64,000 nt of DNA, from the NCBI GenBank assembly GCA_001781205.1, contig MFLE01000025.1, positions 22,914 through 86,913 of the forward strand, written 5' to 3'. A program made the position numbers and the translations under genes. Under the pieces are notes generated by a model. It made no database searches, was not told where the DNA came from, and was given only the letters and a program-made list of their open reading frames with translations. This stretch comes from Candidatus Kaiserbacteria bacterium RIFCSPHIGHO2_02_FULL_49_34 (lineage in GTDB: Bacteria; Patescibacteriota; Minisyncoccia; Phycocordibacterales; UBA918). Shown piece after piece: positions 52,591 to 61,037 of this stretch. The stretch's first letter is position 1, and every line of letters begins with the position of its first letter.

Positions 52591-53040
52591 CTAGCACTTC
52601 CAATGTTTCTTTGCATACTCAGTTGCTTCTGAGAGGAGACGCCTGCTCGGCGAGCCTTTTGCTGAAACATATATTGGATCATCAAACTGATCTCGTCCAA
52701 AGTACACCACATCTCCGCCTCGTTCGGTCACTTGGTAGCGAATGTGCCCACCGACAACCTGTACCTCCTTGCCCCGAAAGACAAAGAGTATATTGGTTGA
52801 CGGCTTTGATACTGTCGACTTCTTATGGCTGCTGATTTCTCGCGCAACTGCCTTGAGTAACAATCGATATACCTCATCTTCAGGATGGATCCTAAACTGC
52901 CATGCGATAATTGCGAAAGCAGTCGGCACGCGAATCTGTGGGGTGAGGAAGCTCCTAACACACTGCACAATACCATTACGACCATATCCGCCTCCGTATT
53001 TTTCAATTAGTTCCTTGTCTGAGAGATCTTTCATTCCCAT
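52591..53040 (-). CDS. Hypothetical protein
   Basis: GGGAG SD, terminator hairpin gccacgagcatgctcgtggc. Confidence 0.6.
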   Translation of the reverse strand: MGMKDLSDKELIEKYGGGYGRNGIVQCVRSFLTPQIRVPTAFAIIAWQFRIHPEDEVYRLLLKAVAREISSHKKSTVSKPSTNILFVFRGKEVQVVGGHIRYQVTERGGDVVYFGRDQFDDPIYVSAKGSPSRRLLSEATEYAKKHWKC

Positions 53041-53157
53041 GGTTTATCTCCCTACCGTTTTCCACTGGAAAACGGAAAGATATCTTCAAGAACAACGATA
53101 CATACTGTACAATAAAAAAACAGTGTATGCAAGGAGCATACACTGTGGTTTGTGCGA

Positions 53158-53553
53158 TTAGTGTGACGAGGGGTTACTGCGCCCGATATCCTTGTCTTTC
53201 TTGACTACAATAAGCTCAAGAAAGAACGGGGCGAACATCAGGACACTTGCGCACGTGCCGATCGTCAGTGCGATGTTTGGCCACCAGATATTTGCAATCA
53301 TCCCCGCAAGCAGCGGGCCGAGCACAAGTACTGCAGCAAAACGAACCTGGAATACACACGCAGTCCTCTTCTTGTAGGAGTGTACGGCATGAAGCACATA
53401 GATGCCTATGACCATCGCAAAGAGAAACAAAATGTGCGACATATCAAGGAGTGCCGCATCCTTAAGGATGAACGCCCTTCCCCACAGGAGGAATTCCACG
53501 AGCGCTGCAGCCAAAAAGACGAGTGCAAATCCGATTAGAACGTAGAGACGCAT
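53158..53553 (-). CDS. Hypothetical membrane protein
   Basis: GAGG SD, about 4 TM segments, terminator cagtgtatgc..gcatacactg. Confidence 0.6.
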   Translation of the reverse strand: MRLYVLIGFALVFLAAALVEFLLWGRAFILKDAALLDMSHILFLFAMVIGIYVLHAVHSYKKRTACVFQVRFAAVLVLGPLLAGMIANIWWPNIALTIGTCASVLMFAPFFLELIVVKKDKDIGRSNPSSH

Positions 53554-53693
53554 GGCGTATACCTCTTCTGATTAAGAACAATGAATGCACAAGCAAATAC
53601 CATACCGCACGTTCTTATTTTTTGCAATAGCTCCGGGCTCTCTACTAAGGCATGGACTTTTTTGCTCAGTGTGTTATATTTCTCGCACCAAAC

Positions 53694-53819
53694 CCGTCCA
53701 TAGCTCAGCTGGAAAGGCCCAACCGCTTTGCGGATCAGGGTTGGGCCAGCTGCTAAGGATGCCAGCTCCGCTGACGCTGTATGTTGTGTTTGTTAACACA
53801 AACACGGCAGATAGAGCAG
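53694..53819 (+). pseudogene. Interrupted copy of the tRNA-Lys 5' part
   Basis: ccgtccatagctcagctgg + 99-nt insert + tagagcag. Confidence 0.7.
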
Positions 53820-53853
53820 TATGTAGCAGGATTGTTTGGTCTACAATATATTT

Positions 53854-53926
53854 CCGTCCATAGCTCAGCTGGTAGAGCAGCGGCCTTTTAAGCCGACGGT
53901 CCTAGGTTCGATTCCTAGTGGACGGA
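53854..53926 (+). tRNA. tRNA-Lys (TTT)
   Basis: Acceptor stem ccgtcca/tggacgg, D arm gctc/gagc, anticodon loop cTTTTaa, T arm ctagg-ttcgatt-cctag. Confidence 0.95.
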
Positions 53927-53974
53927 CAAAATGTCAAAAAGAAGGCGATGAGCCTTCTTTTTGTTACATTTTGC

Positions 53975-54151
53975 CCGTCCACTAGGAATCGAACGCCGGA
54001 GCCGGTACACAAGATTGTTACTGATACGAAGCTTTAGCGTAGTACAGTAACAATACTTGTCGGCGAGGCGGGGTCGGCAACGCTTAGTATTTTTGGAGCG
54101 ACAGCGAACAACAAATACTTAGCGATTGTGACCGATTCCTGCTGGACGGAC
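53975..54151. repeat. Structured element bounded by inverted copies of the tRNA-Lys 3' end
   Basis: ccgtccactaggaatcgaac ... cgattcctgctggacggac, with internal hairpins. Confidence 0.8.
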
Positions 54152-54161
54152 GTCAGGATAG

Positions 54162-54857
54162 CTACACCGAAAGCACCCACCCCTCCAAAGCATCCTTCAT
54201 ATCCCGCTTCCCACCATGTCCATCATGATATACTGTAATAAGCGACCGAGTTAACTCCTCAATCTCCCCTTCCTTAAAATTCCGAAGTGCCTGCTTCGCT
54301 TTTTGATACGGAAAATCCTTCATATCAGCCTCCGCAGCACTCTTCGTACGAGCAGCAAGCGCAAGTGCTTTGAGCTGCCAGTTCAGAATACCAATAATCG
54401 CTTCACTACTCTCCCCTGCCTGCCACGCCTGATGCAGCTTTGTCCAGAGTCCGCGCTTGTCACGCGATGCTAATGCCTCCGCAAGTGAAAAGGTGTTAAA
54501 CGTCTGCGCCTTTGCGGCTTTTTTATACTCGAAAATATCTTGTGCATATTTCTGGAGTGCCTTTACTTTTGCTGCAAGGAGCCCTTCTTCAACAAGCACA
54601 AACGTGTGTGGTGACTGTGCGAACGCATCAAGCGATGCAAACACCTCCGCCTCATATTCGTCATTATTCGACGGTACATCGAGCACGAAAAGGTTCGTAT
54701 CACCGAAAAGAGGCATCGTATTCGCTACCTCCAAGCATCGTCCTTTGTACCACTCCGTTGCAATAATCCATTCCGGTTGACGCCCGTCCTTCTCAAAATA
54801 TTCACGGGCCTTTGCGCGCGCAGCCTCAGCATCCGTACCATAATATGCAACTAACAT
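54162..54857 (-). CDS. DNA polymerase III delta subunit-like (HolA-like)
   Basis: PLFGD, FSLAEAL, IIGILNWQ, FPYQKA, LEGWVL pattern. Confidence 0.7.
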   Translation of the reverse strand: MLVAYYGTDAEAARAKAREYFEKDGRQPEWIIATEWYKGRCLEVANTMPLFGDTNLFVLDVPSNNDEYEAEVFASLDAFAQSPHTFVLVEEGLLAAKVKALQKYAQDIFEYKKAAKAQTFNTFSLAEALASRDKRGLWTKLHQAWQAGESSEAIIGILNWQLKALALAARTKSAAEADMKDFPYQKAKQALRNFKEGEIEELTRSLITVYHDGHGGKRDMKDALEGWVLSV

Positions 54858-54902
54858 GCCGAGAGTATACCACAAAACAAAAGCGACAGGTGTCGCTTTT
54901 GT

Positions 54903-57200
54903 TTATTTTGCTACTGCAATCGCCTCTTCGAGCTTAATTGAAAGGGTGCGCGAGATGCCGTCGTGACCCATAGTGATACCGTAGAGTACGCCGGCACGCG
55001 ACATGGTTTCGCGGTTATGAGTGATAAGGATGAGCTGGGAACGCTCAGCAAGTACCGAGAGTGCGTCGCCATAACGGCGGGAGTTTGCCTCGTCGAGCGC
55101 AGCGTCGGTTTCGTCGAGGATGATAAACGGTGGCGGATTGATTTGCGACATCGCGAAAATGAGGGCGATTGAGGTAAGTGCACGTTCACCACCTGAGAGC
55201 ATATCGAGTCCACGAACACGCTTGTTGGGGAGACGGACATCAATTTCGACGCCGATTTCTGGCTCTGCTTCGTCTTCATCTTCAGCTGGTGGCGGAATTT
55301 CGTCATCTTCGGTGACGGCCTGTAGTGCGGCAGCCTTCACCTTCGGGAATGAACGTACCACATGCGCAACACCACCAACAAACATACGGGCAAAAAACTT
55401 GTTGAATGCTTCGTCAATTTTCTCAAGTCCTTCGGTAAAACGATTCGTAAGCTCTTGATTGAGCTCTGCGATAATACGCACAAGTGTTTCTGATGAGGTC
55501 GCGAGGTCTGCTAATTCCTTGGCGAGAAACGCATCACGCTCATGTGCATTCTTGTACTCACGGATAACTTCTTCGTTCACACCACCGAGTTCCTCAAGAC
55601 GAATCTTAAGACGTTCAAGCATGCGCTTACGTTCAAGTTGCTCGGCGCGCGGCAGTGCGGCAAGTGCCGCATCATGCAGCTCATTACCATTCATGGTAAT
55701 TGGATGTTTCAAGTATTGCAGCGCCTTCGACTTCACGAGTACAACCGCTTCACGAAGCTCAGCATTAAACGCTTCCTCATCACGCTCGCGTATCTCTTCC
55801 CTGCTTGCAAGTGTTGCGATTTCTCGCTCGAGCTCGCGTATCTCATGGTCATACAGTTCAACTTTGTGGCGCAGCTCGCGCGATTCTTCAGTGTCTGCCT
55901 CTATCTTTGCACGGAGCACGGAACACTGGTGTTCGAGCACCTGAACACGTTCATGGACAATGCGCAATGTTTTTTGTGCAGCTTCAGCATGTGCACGAAG
56001 CTCATGAAGCTCCTGTTCCTCACCTGAGAGATCAAGCGGTTGTGGTGCGGTTTGTGCGTTTCTGTTTGCGAGTGCACCAAGTGCGGTGTGAATATTTTTG
56101 AGTGTTGTTTTCACTTCGTCAATTGAGACACTTGCAAGAGCTTGTTCAACCGCGCGCGAAATGTGCGCATAGGTCGTCGTGAAGACATCATGCGGAATAG
56201 GCGTACACACGGAACGTGACGAGCTCGTTTCGTGTGTAGTACGCACATGCGCAATACGTCGCTCCAAAAAGCCAATCTGCCCGTCGAGCGATGCCTCGGC
56301 ACGCGCGGCATTGTCACGTTCCTTCCGTGCTGCAGCAAGCTCTCCTTCACGTGCTGCAAGTATTTCAGTATCATGATGCTCACCATGCGCAGCAATACGT
56401 TCGAGTGCTTGGGTGCGCGTTGTGGTAAGTTCGGCAAGCTTTGCTCGTGGTGCAACGATGGCTGCCTGAAGCGATTTTTTCGCTTCAGTAAGATACGCGG
56501 ATTCGTGACGCAGATACTCCGCATACGCTCCTGCAAGCTCATCACGAAGTTCGATTGCGCGTTCATACTTCTTCACTTGTCTTTCAAGAAACTGGAGGTG
56601 TGGACGCGTCTCACGACGAAGCGACTCGACACGCTCACTGTTCTCACGTGTCTTTATGAGCTTCTTTTCACTTTCAGCGATTTTATATTGATAGACTCGT
56701 AAGCCGAGCGCATCTTCAATCATTTCGCGACGGAGCTTTGGCGACGCAGTAAGAATACGGTCCGCCTCACCTTGTGAAATGATATGGTGACCCGTCGTGC
56801 CGATGTTCGCTGACGCAAGCATTTCAAGCACATCTTTCAGACGCACCCGTGCCCCGTTAAGCGTGTACTCATTCGACCCATCACGCGAAACAGTTCGCTC
56901 AATCACGAGCTCGTCAAAATCCATCGGGAACACTCGGGCGCTGTTATCAAAGACTGCTGTCACCGTTGCACGTCCGAGCCGTGACACTTTTTCAGAGCCA
57001 CCAAAAATAAGGTCTTCACCCTTTTTGCCGCGCATGCGCGAGGTTGCCTGCTCACCAAGTACAAACCGAAACGACTCCGCGACATTTGACTTTCCAGAAC
57101 CATTTGGCCCCACAATCGCCGTAATCGGCGATGAAAAAAGCAGGTCGCTCTTTTTCGCGAAAGATTTAAAACCGTTGATAGTGAGTTCTTTTAAGAGCAT
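54903..57200 (-). CDS. smc: SMC family ATPase, short form
   Basis: GFKSFA, GPNGSGKSN, ISQG, LSGGE, ILDETDAALDEAN, ITH. Confidence 0.88.
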   Translation of the reverse strand: MLLKELTINGFKSFAKKSDLLFSSPITAIVGPNGSGKSNVAESFRFVLGEQATSRMRGKKGEDLIFGGSEKVSRLGRATVTAVFDNSARVFPMDFDELVIERTVSRDGSNEYTLNGARVRLKDVLEMLASANIGTTGHHIISQGEADRILTASPKLRREMIEDALGLRVYQYKIAESEKKLIKTRENSERVESLRRETRPHLQFLERQVKKYERAIELRDELAGAYAEYLRHESAYLTEAKKSLQAAIVAPRAKLAELTTTRTQALERIAAHGEHHDTEILAAREGELAAARKERDNAARAEASLDGQIGFLERRIAHVRTTHETSSSRSVCTPIPHDVFTTTYAHISRAVEQALASVSIDEVKTTLKNIHTALGALANRNAQTAPQPLDLSGEEQELHELRAHAEAAQKTLRIVHERVQVLEHQCSVLRAKIEADTEESRELRHKVELYDHEIRELEREIATLASREEIRERDEEAFNAELREAVVLVKSKALQYLKHPITMNGNELHDAALAALPRAEQLERKRMLERLKIRLEELGGVNEEVIREYKNAHERDAFLAKELADLATSSETLVRIIAELNQELTNRFTEGLEKIDEAFNKFFARMFVGGVAHVVRSFPKVKAAALQAVTEDDEIPPPAEDEDEAEPEIGVEIDVRLPNKRVRGLDMLSGGERALTSIALIFAMSQINPPPFIILDETDAALDEANSRRYGDALSVLAERSQLILITHNRETMSRAGVLYGITMGHDGISRTLSIKLEEAIAVAK

Positions 57201-57203
57201 GAA

Positions 57204-57719
57204 TTAAAACGCGGATCCTCCTGCGCTGTAGACCGCGCATGTCATTTGTGTTCCGCTACGAGTAGGGTCCCAGTATTCTTTTTTATCGTTGTCACATTTT
57301 GCTTTCTTCTCAATAGTTTGGTAGACCAGGAATTTGTAATCAGTACCATTTGACCGATATAGATATCCTTTGTTTGTCCCGCTACATCCTGTCGCACTCA
57401 CCGGATCAAGTGGTAATTTGGTCATGTATGTTGGTGCAAGATTTGGAACATAGCCATTTACACCAGTAACATCCTTGCTTCCAAAGCCAGAACACACACT
57501 CCACCAGGTATTGCTTGTCGACGGATATGACCCATTCACCTGCCGATATGTCTCAAGCGCAAGCTGCATTTGCGCGAGCACCGCATACCGTTGTGCATCA
57601 CGTGCATTTGCGCGCGCATTACCAAACGCAACTGCCGCACCGGCAGTAAGAATGCCGATGATAGTGATTGAGACCATGAGCTCAATCAAGGTAAATCCTC
57701 GTACTGTATTTGTTTTCAT
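57204..57719 (-). CDS. Type IV pilin-like protein, paralog 1
   Basis: RG|FTLIELM prepilin cleavage motif, ARDAQR, Cys pairs. Confidence 0.9.
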   Translation of the reverse strand: MKTNTVRGFTLIELMVSITIIGILTAGAAVAFGNARANARDAQRYAVLAQMQLALETYRQVNGSYPSTSNTWWSVCSGFGSKDVTGVNGYVPNLAPTYMTKLPLDPVSATGCSGTNKGYLYRSNGTDYKFLVYQTIEKKAKCDNDKKEYWDPTRSGTQMTCAVYSAGGSAF

Positions 57720-57842
57720 GCAGACAGTATACCGCACATTTCAGAAAACAAGCAGAATCTTATAGTGAAAAAAGCGAGCAACCTCATTTGTGAGAAATTT
57801 TAAATCCCACACGAGGTGTTCTTTAAAAAAGATATATCAATT

Positions 57843-58370
57843 CTATCTATTCGCTGCGCCCGGCGTGTAGATTGCACAGGTGTTTTGTCTTTTCGGAGTT
57901 ATTCGTGGATCCCAATACTCATCTTTTGCATCGTCGCACTTCACGTTTTTCTCCATGGTCGTATAGACAAGGAACTTGTAATCGATGCCGTCTGACCAAT
58001 AGAGATACCCACCGTCACCACTCGCTGGATAGCCATTTGCGTTGACGGGGTCAATCGGCAGTTTTGTCATGTAGGTCGGTGCAAGATTTGGAACATAGCC
58101 AGTTGCTCCTGTTACCCCTTTCGCTGGCCCATAATGAGTACACACACAGTCCCAAGATGCCTCTTTTGATTTTGGATACTCGCCGTTCACCTGCCGATAT
58201 GTCTCGAGTGCAAGCTGCATTTGAGCAAGGACGGCGTACCGCTGCGCATCGCGTGCATTCGCGCGAGCATTACCAAACGCAACTGCCGCGCCTGCGCTTA
58301 GAATGCCGATGATGGTAATTGAGACCATGAGCTCAATGAGAGTAAACCCTCGTGCCGCGTTTCTTATCAT
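57843..58370 (-). CDS. Type IV pilin-like protein, paralog 2
   Basis: RG|FTLIELM; N-terminus near-identical to paralog 1. Confidence 0.9.
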   Translation of the reverse strand: MIRNAARGFTLIELMVSITIIGILSAGAAVAFGNARANARDAQRYAVLAQMQLALETYRQVNGEYPKSKEASWDCVCTHYGPAKGVTGATGYVPNLAPTYMTKLPIDPVNANGYPASGDGGYLYWSDGIDYKFLVYTTMEKNVKCDDAKDEYWDPRITPKRQNTCAIYTPGAANR

Positions 58371-58408
58371 ACAAACAGTATACCGCATATTTCGGAAAAC
58401 ACGCAAAA

Positions 58409-58469
58409 AGTGAATAAGGTCCGACCTTCCTCATGGCATTGCCATGAGGAAGGTCGGACCTTATTCACT
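58409..58469. repeat. 61-bp palindrome with perfect 30-bp arms
   Basis: agtgaataaggtccgaccttcctcatggca-t-tgccatgaggaaggtcggaccttattcact. Confidence 0.9.
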
Positions 58470-58473
58470 CATC

Positions 58474-59160
58474 TTACCAATTCTGTTTCGCAAGGGCGCG
58501 CTCTGCTGCAACCTGCTCTGCTTCTTGCTTTGAAAACCCTTCACCTTCAGCAATGAGGTTACTCCCGAGGAATGCACCAATCACAAACTGTCGTGCGTGA
58601 TCGGGGCCTGTCTGACGAATTGTCTCGTAGGTCGGTGTAATGCTTACTTTGTCTTGTGCTCGCTCTTGAAAACGACTCTTCGCATCTTTCCAGAGTTCCT
58701 TTTCGACGATTTCTTTTGTCTTCTCAAAAAGATTACGTGCAATGTAGTCGCGCGCAGCATCGTAGCCCTGATCGAGGAAAATAGCACCAGCAATTGCCTC
58801 AAACACATCCGCAAGTAAATATTGTCGGGCACGCCCTGTGTCCTTGGTCTCACCTTTTGACATCAATAAATAGTCGCCAAGACCAAGCCTGGTCGATGCG
58901 TCTGCAAGTGAGACGGTATTCACGAGTGCTGAACGAATAGCCGTGAGCTCCCCCTCAGGCTTGTGTGGATATTCACGGAAAAGATAGTCGGTTACAATAA
59001 GCTCGAGTACGGCGTCGCCGAGGAATTCATAGCGCTCGTTATGCTCTTGTTTCGCCTCACGATGCTCGTTCAAATACGAACGATGCGTCAGCGCCGTCAA
59101 AAGCTTTGTTTTATCGAGAAAAGTAACCCCCAGGAGTTCTTCAATAACAGAATATTTCAT
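58474..59160 (-). CDS. rnc: Ribonuclease III
   Basis: ALTHRS, NERYEFLGDAVL, dsRBD (KSRFQE...SKQEAEQ). Confidence 0.96.
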   Translation of the reverse strand: MKYSVIEELLGVTFLDKTKLLTALTHRSYLNEHREAKQEHNERYEFLGDAVLELIVTDYLFREYPHKPEGELTAIRSALVNTVSLADASTRLGLGDYLLMSKGETKDTGRARQYLLADVFEAIAGAIFLDQGYDAARDYIARNLFEKTKEIVEKELWKDAKSRFQERAQDKVSITPTYETIRQTGPDHARQFVIGAFLGSNLIAEGEGFSKQEAEQVAAERALAKQNW

Positions 59161-59267
59161 AGCAAGACTGTACCATAAATAGTACATGATGTCATCCCCT
59201 CCTGCTGAAAACCTATCTTTTCAGCACACAACATAAAAGACTCCGTACATGAAGTCTTTTACAAAAA

Positions 59268-60173
59268 CTACACTGATTTTGAGGCGATAATGGTGACTGC
59301 TTTCGTTACTACAGGAAGTATATCTTCATAGAAATTAAGCGACAGAATATCCGCAATCTTAAACCAACGTGCATCGTCGAGTCCGCCGCCTGTTTGGAGC
59401 TCGAGTTCCTTATAGGGAGCTTGTGCGAGGAAGTAGGTAACCTGTTTGCGCACACGACCTTTTTCTGGCGATGACGCAACGTATTCATTTGCGCCTACCT
59501 GCTCTTCAATAGTGATATCGAGCCCTGTTTCTTCTTTGAGTGCACGGATAGTTCCCTCTTCGAGAGTTTCTTCGTCTTTTAAGCCTCCCTTTGAGAGTGT
59601 CCAGTGTCCAAAAATATCATGAACCAGCGCAAGACGAAGCACGCCGTGTGGGTCGCGCGTATACACAATCGCACCGCCGTGGCGTTCGACAGGCATATCC
59701 TCGAAGCGCATTGCGCGACGTGGTGGACGTTTACCCTGCTCTTCCTTGCCAGGTTCACCAAGCTCTTTGTAAATTGCGCCAAGCACGCCGTTAATAAAGC
59801 GTCCCGAGCTGTCGCCAGAATACTGTTTGGCGAGTTCGATTGCTTCATTAATAGCAACTTTTGCAGGAACCTGTGCGCGGTCAGCAAAAAGGAGTTCATA
59901 GAGGCCAAGACGAAGTACACTTCTGTCGAGTACCGCGATGCGGTCAATAGGCCATTCGGGGGCGGCTTTTTCAATGACAAGATCGAGTTCGTGTTGCTTT
60001 CCGAGTACACCATCAAGGAGTGTCGTCATGAATGCATCGTCGTCGTTGCGAGACGCGAATTCATCACGGTTACGCGCAAGGATTTGATGCGCAGCCGCGC
60101 GGTCACTCCCCGAAGCATCTGCTTCAAAGAGGGTCTGGAGTACTACAGAACGTGAAAGGTGTCGATTTGCCAT
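59268..60173 (-). CDS. nusB: NusB fused to a C-terminal NUDIX domain
   Basis: RHLSRSVVLQTLF, DRSVLRLG, AINEAIELAK, FINGVL; then SKGG...ETLEEG..R.LKEETG. Confidence 0.9.
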   Translation of the reverse strand: MANRHLSRSVVLQTLFEADASGSDRAAAHQILARNRDEFASRNDDDAFMTTLLDGVLGKQHELDLVIEKAAPEWPIDRIAVLDRSVLRLGLYELLFADRAQVPAKVAINEAIELAKQYSGDSSGRFINGVLGAIYKELGEPGKEEQGKRPPRRAMRFEDMPVERHGGAIVYTRDPHGVLRLALVHDIFGHWTLSKGGLKDEETLEEGTIRALKEETGLDITIEEQVGANEYVASSPEKGRVRKQVTYFLAQAPYKELELQTGGGLDDARWFKIADILSLNFYEDILPVVTKAVTIIASKSV

Positions 60174-60277
60174 ATGAAAAAACTAACTGCATGGAGTATA
60201 GCATAGTTTTTGGAAATACAAGTGTGGATGGGAAAATCTAAACCCCGCTTGCGCGGGGTTTAGATTTTTTTTCTTAG

Positions 60278-60350
60278 GGCGGCTACCGGGAATCGAACCC
60301 GAATTACAGGTACCACAAACCTGTGTGTTAACCGTTACACCATAGTCGCC
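60278..60350 (-). tRNA. tRNA-His (GTG)
   Basis: Reverse complement ggcgactatggtgtaacggttaacacacaggtttGTGgtacctgtaattcgggttcgattcccggtagccgcc, with G-1. Confidence 0.93.
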
Positions 60351-60478
60351 ATGTGCGGCGCATACTACCTCATTTCTTGAAAAAAGTCCAATTCCAGAAT
60401 GGAAGTTACCCACAATTATAGCTCATAGAAAATGGATATCTGTAGAGCACAGATATTCGCAACATCAAGCAAAGCGCC

Positions 60479-60618
60479 CTAACTCCTGGATCCCGTCAGG
60501 ATGACAAAATGAGGGGGAATTATTTTATATTACGGAATGGTTAAAATCGATTTTAACCATACATTCATTTTGAGTACTTCACCCAAATTTTGTCATCCTG
60601 ACGGGATCCAGGAGTTAG
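60479..60618. repeat. REP/MITE-like palindromic element
   Basis: ctaactcctggatcccgtcaggatgacaaaat...atggttaaaatcgattttaaccat...attttgtcatcctgacgggatccaggagttag. Confidence 0.92.
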
Positions 60619-60710
60619 TGCTCGTATCGTAAAATTACGATACATTTAATTATGAGCCATTCAAGAGAGTTTAGAGGGGGGGGGCAGTTTTATGGAGCTA
60701 TAACGCCACA

Positions 60711-60739
60711 TTGCATGAATACCCCACCTAGGGTATAGT
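60711..60739 (+). promoter_or_regulatory. Promoter with a CsoR-type operator
   Basis: TTGCAT-17 bp-TATAGT overlapping the pseudo-palindrome atacccc-acc-tagggtat. Confidence 0.75.
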
Positions 60740-60745
60740 GTGCCT

Positions 60746-61003
60746 ATGGAAAAAGAAAAATTAATTCGTCGCTTGAAGATTATTGAAGGGCAAGTGCGAG
60801 GGCTCCAAGAAATGATTAAGAATGACAAGTATTGTGTGGACATTATTACACAGTCCTCTGCGGTAAAACAGGGTCTTTCAAATGTTGAGGATATTTTATT
60901 AGAACATCACCTCGGACATTGCGTCGTGAAGCAGATGAAGGGCGACGAATCTCCGAAGGCGGTCGCTGAGATTTTAAAAGTCTATCAACTAAAGCGCAAG
61001 TAA
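60746..61003 (+). CDS. csoR: CsoR family copper-sensing repressor
   Basis: RRLKIIEGQVRGL, YCVDIITQ, HLGHC. Confidence 0.92.
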   Translation: MEKEKLIRRLKIIEGQVRGLQEMIKNDKYCVDIITQSSAVKQGLSNVEDILLEHHLGHCVVKQMKGDESPKAVAEILKVYQLKRK

Positions 61004-61037
61004 CTCTACCACCTGGATCCTTCCAGGAAATATATCT

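Noticed and set aside
51975-54151. Prophage or integrative island at tRNA-Lys
   Set aside because: No integrase or phage genes; the tRNA copies are local and enclose no coding cargo
57204-58406. Diversity-generating retroelement acting on the pilins or the secreted paralogs
   Set aside because: Differences include indels and are not adenine-specific; no reverse transcriptase in the window
60676-60684. G9 homopolymer as a phase-variation tract
   Set aside because: Intergenic, upstream of the csoR -35 and outside the spacer; no evidence of effect
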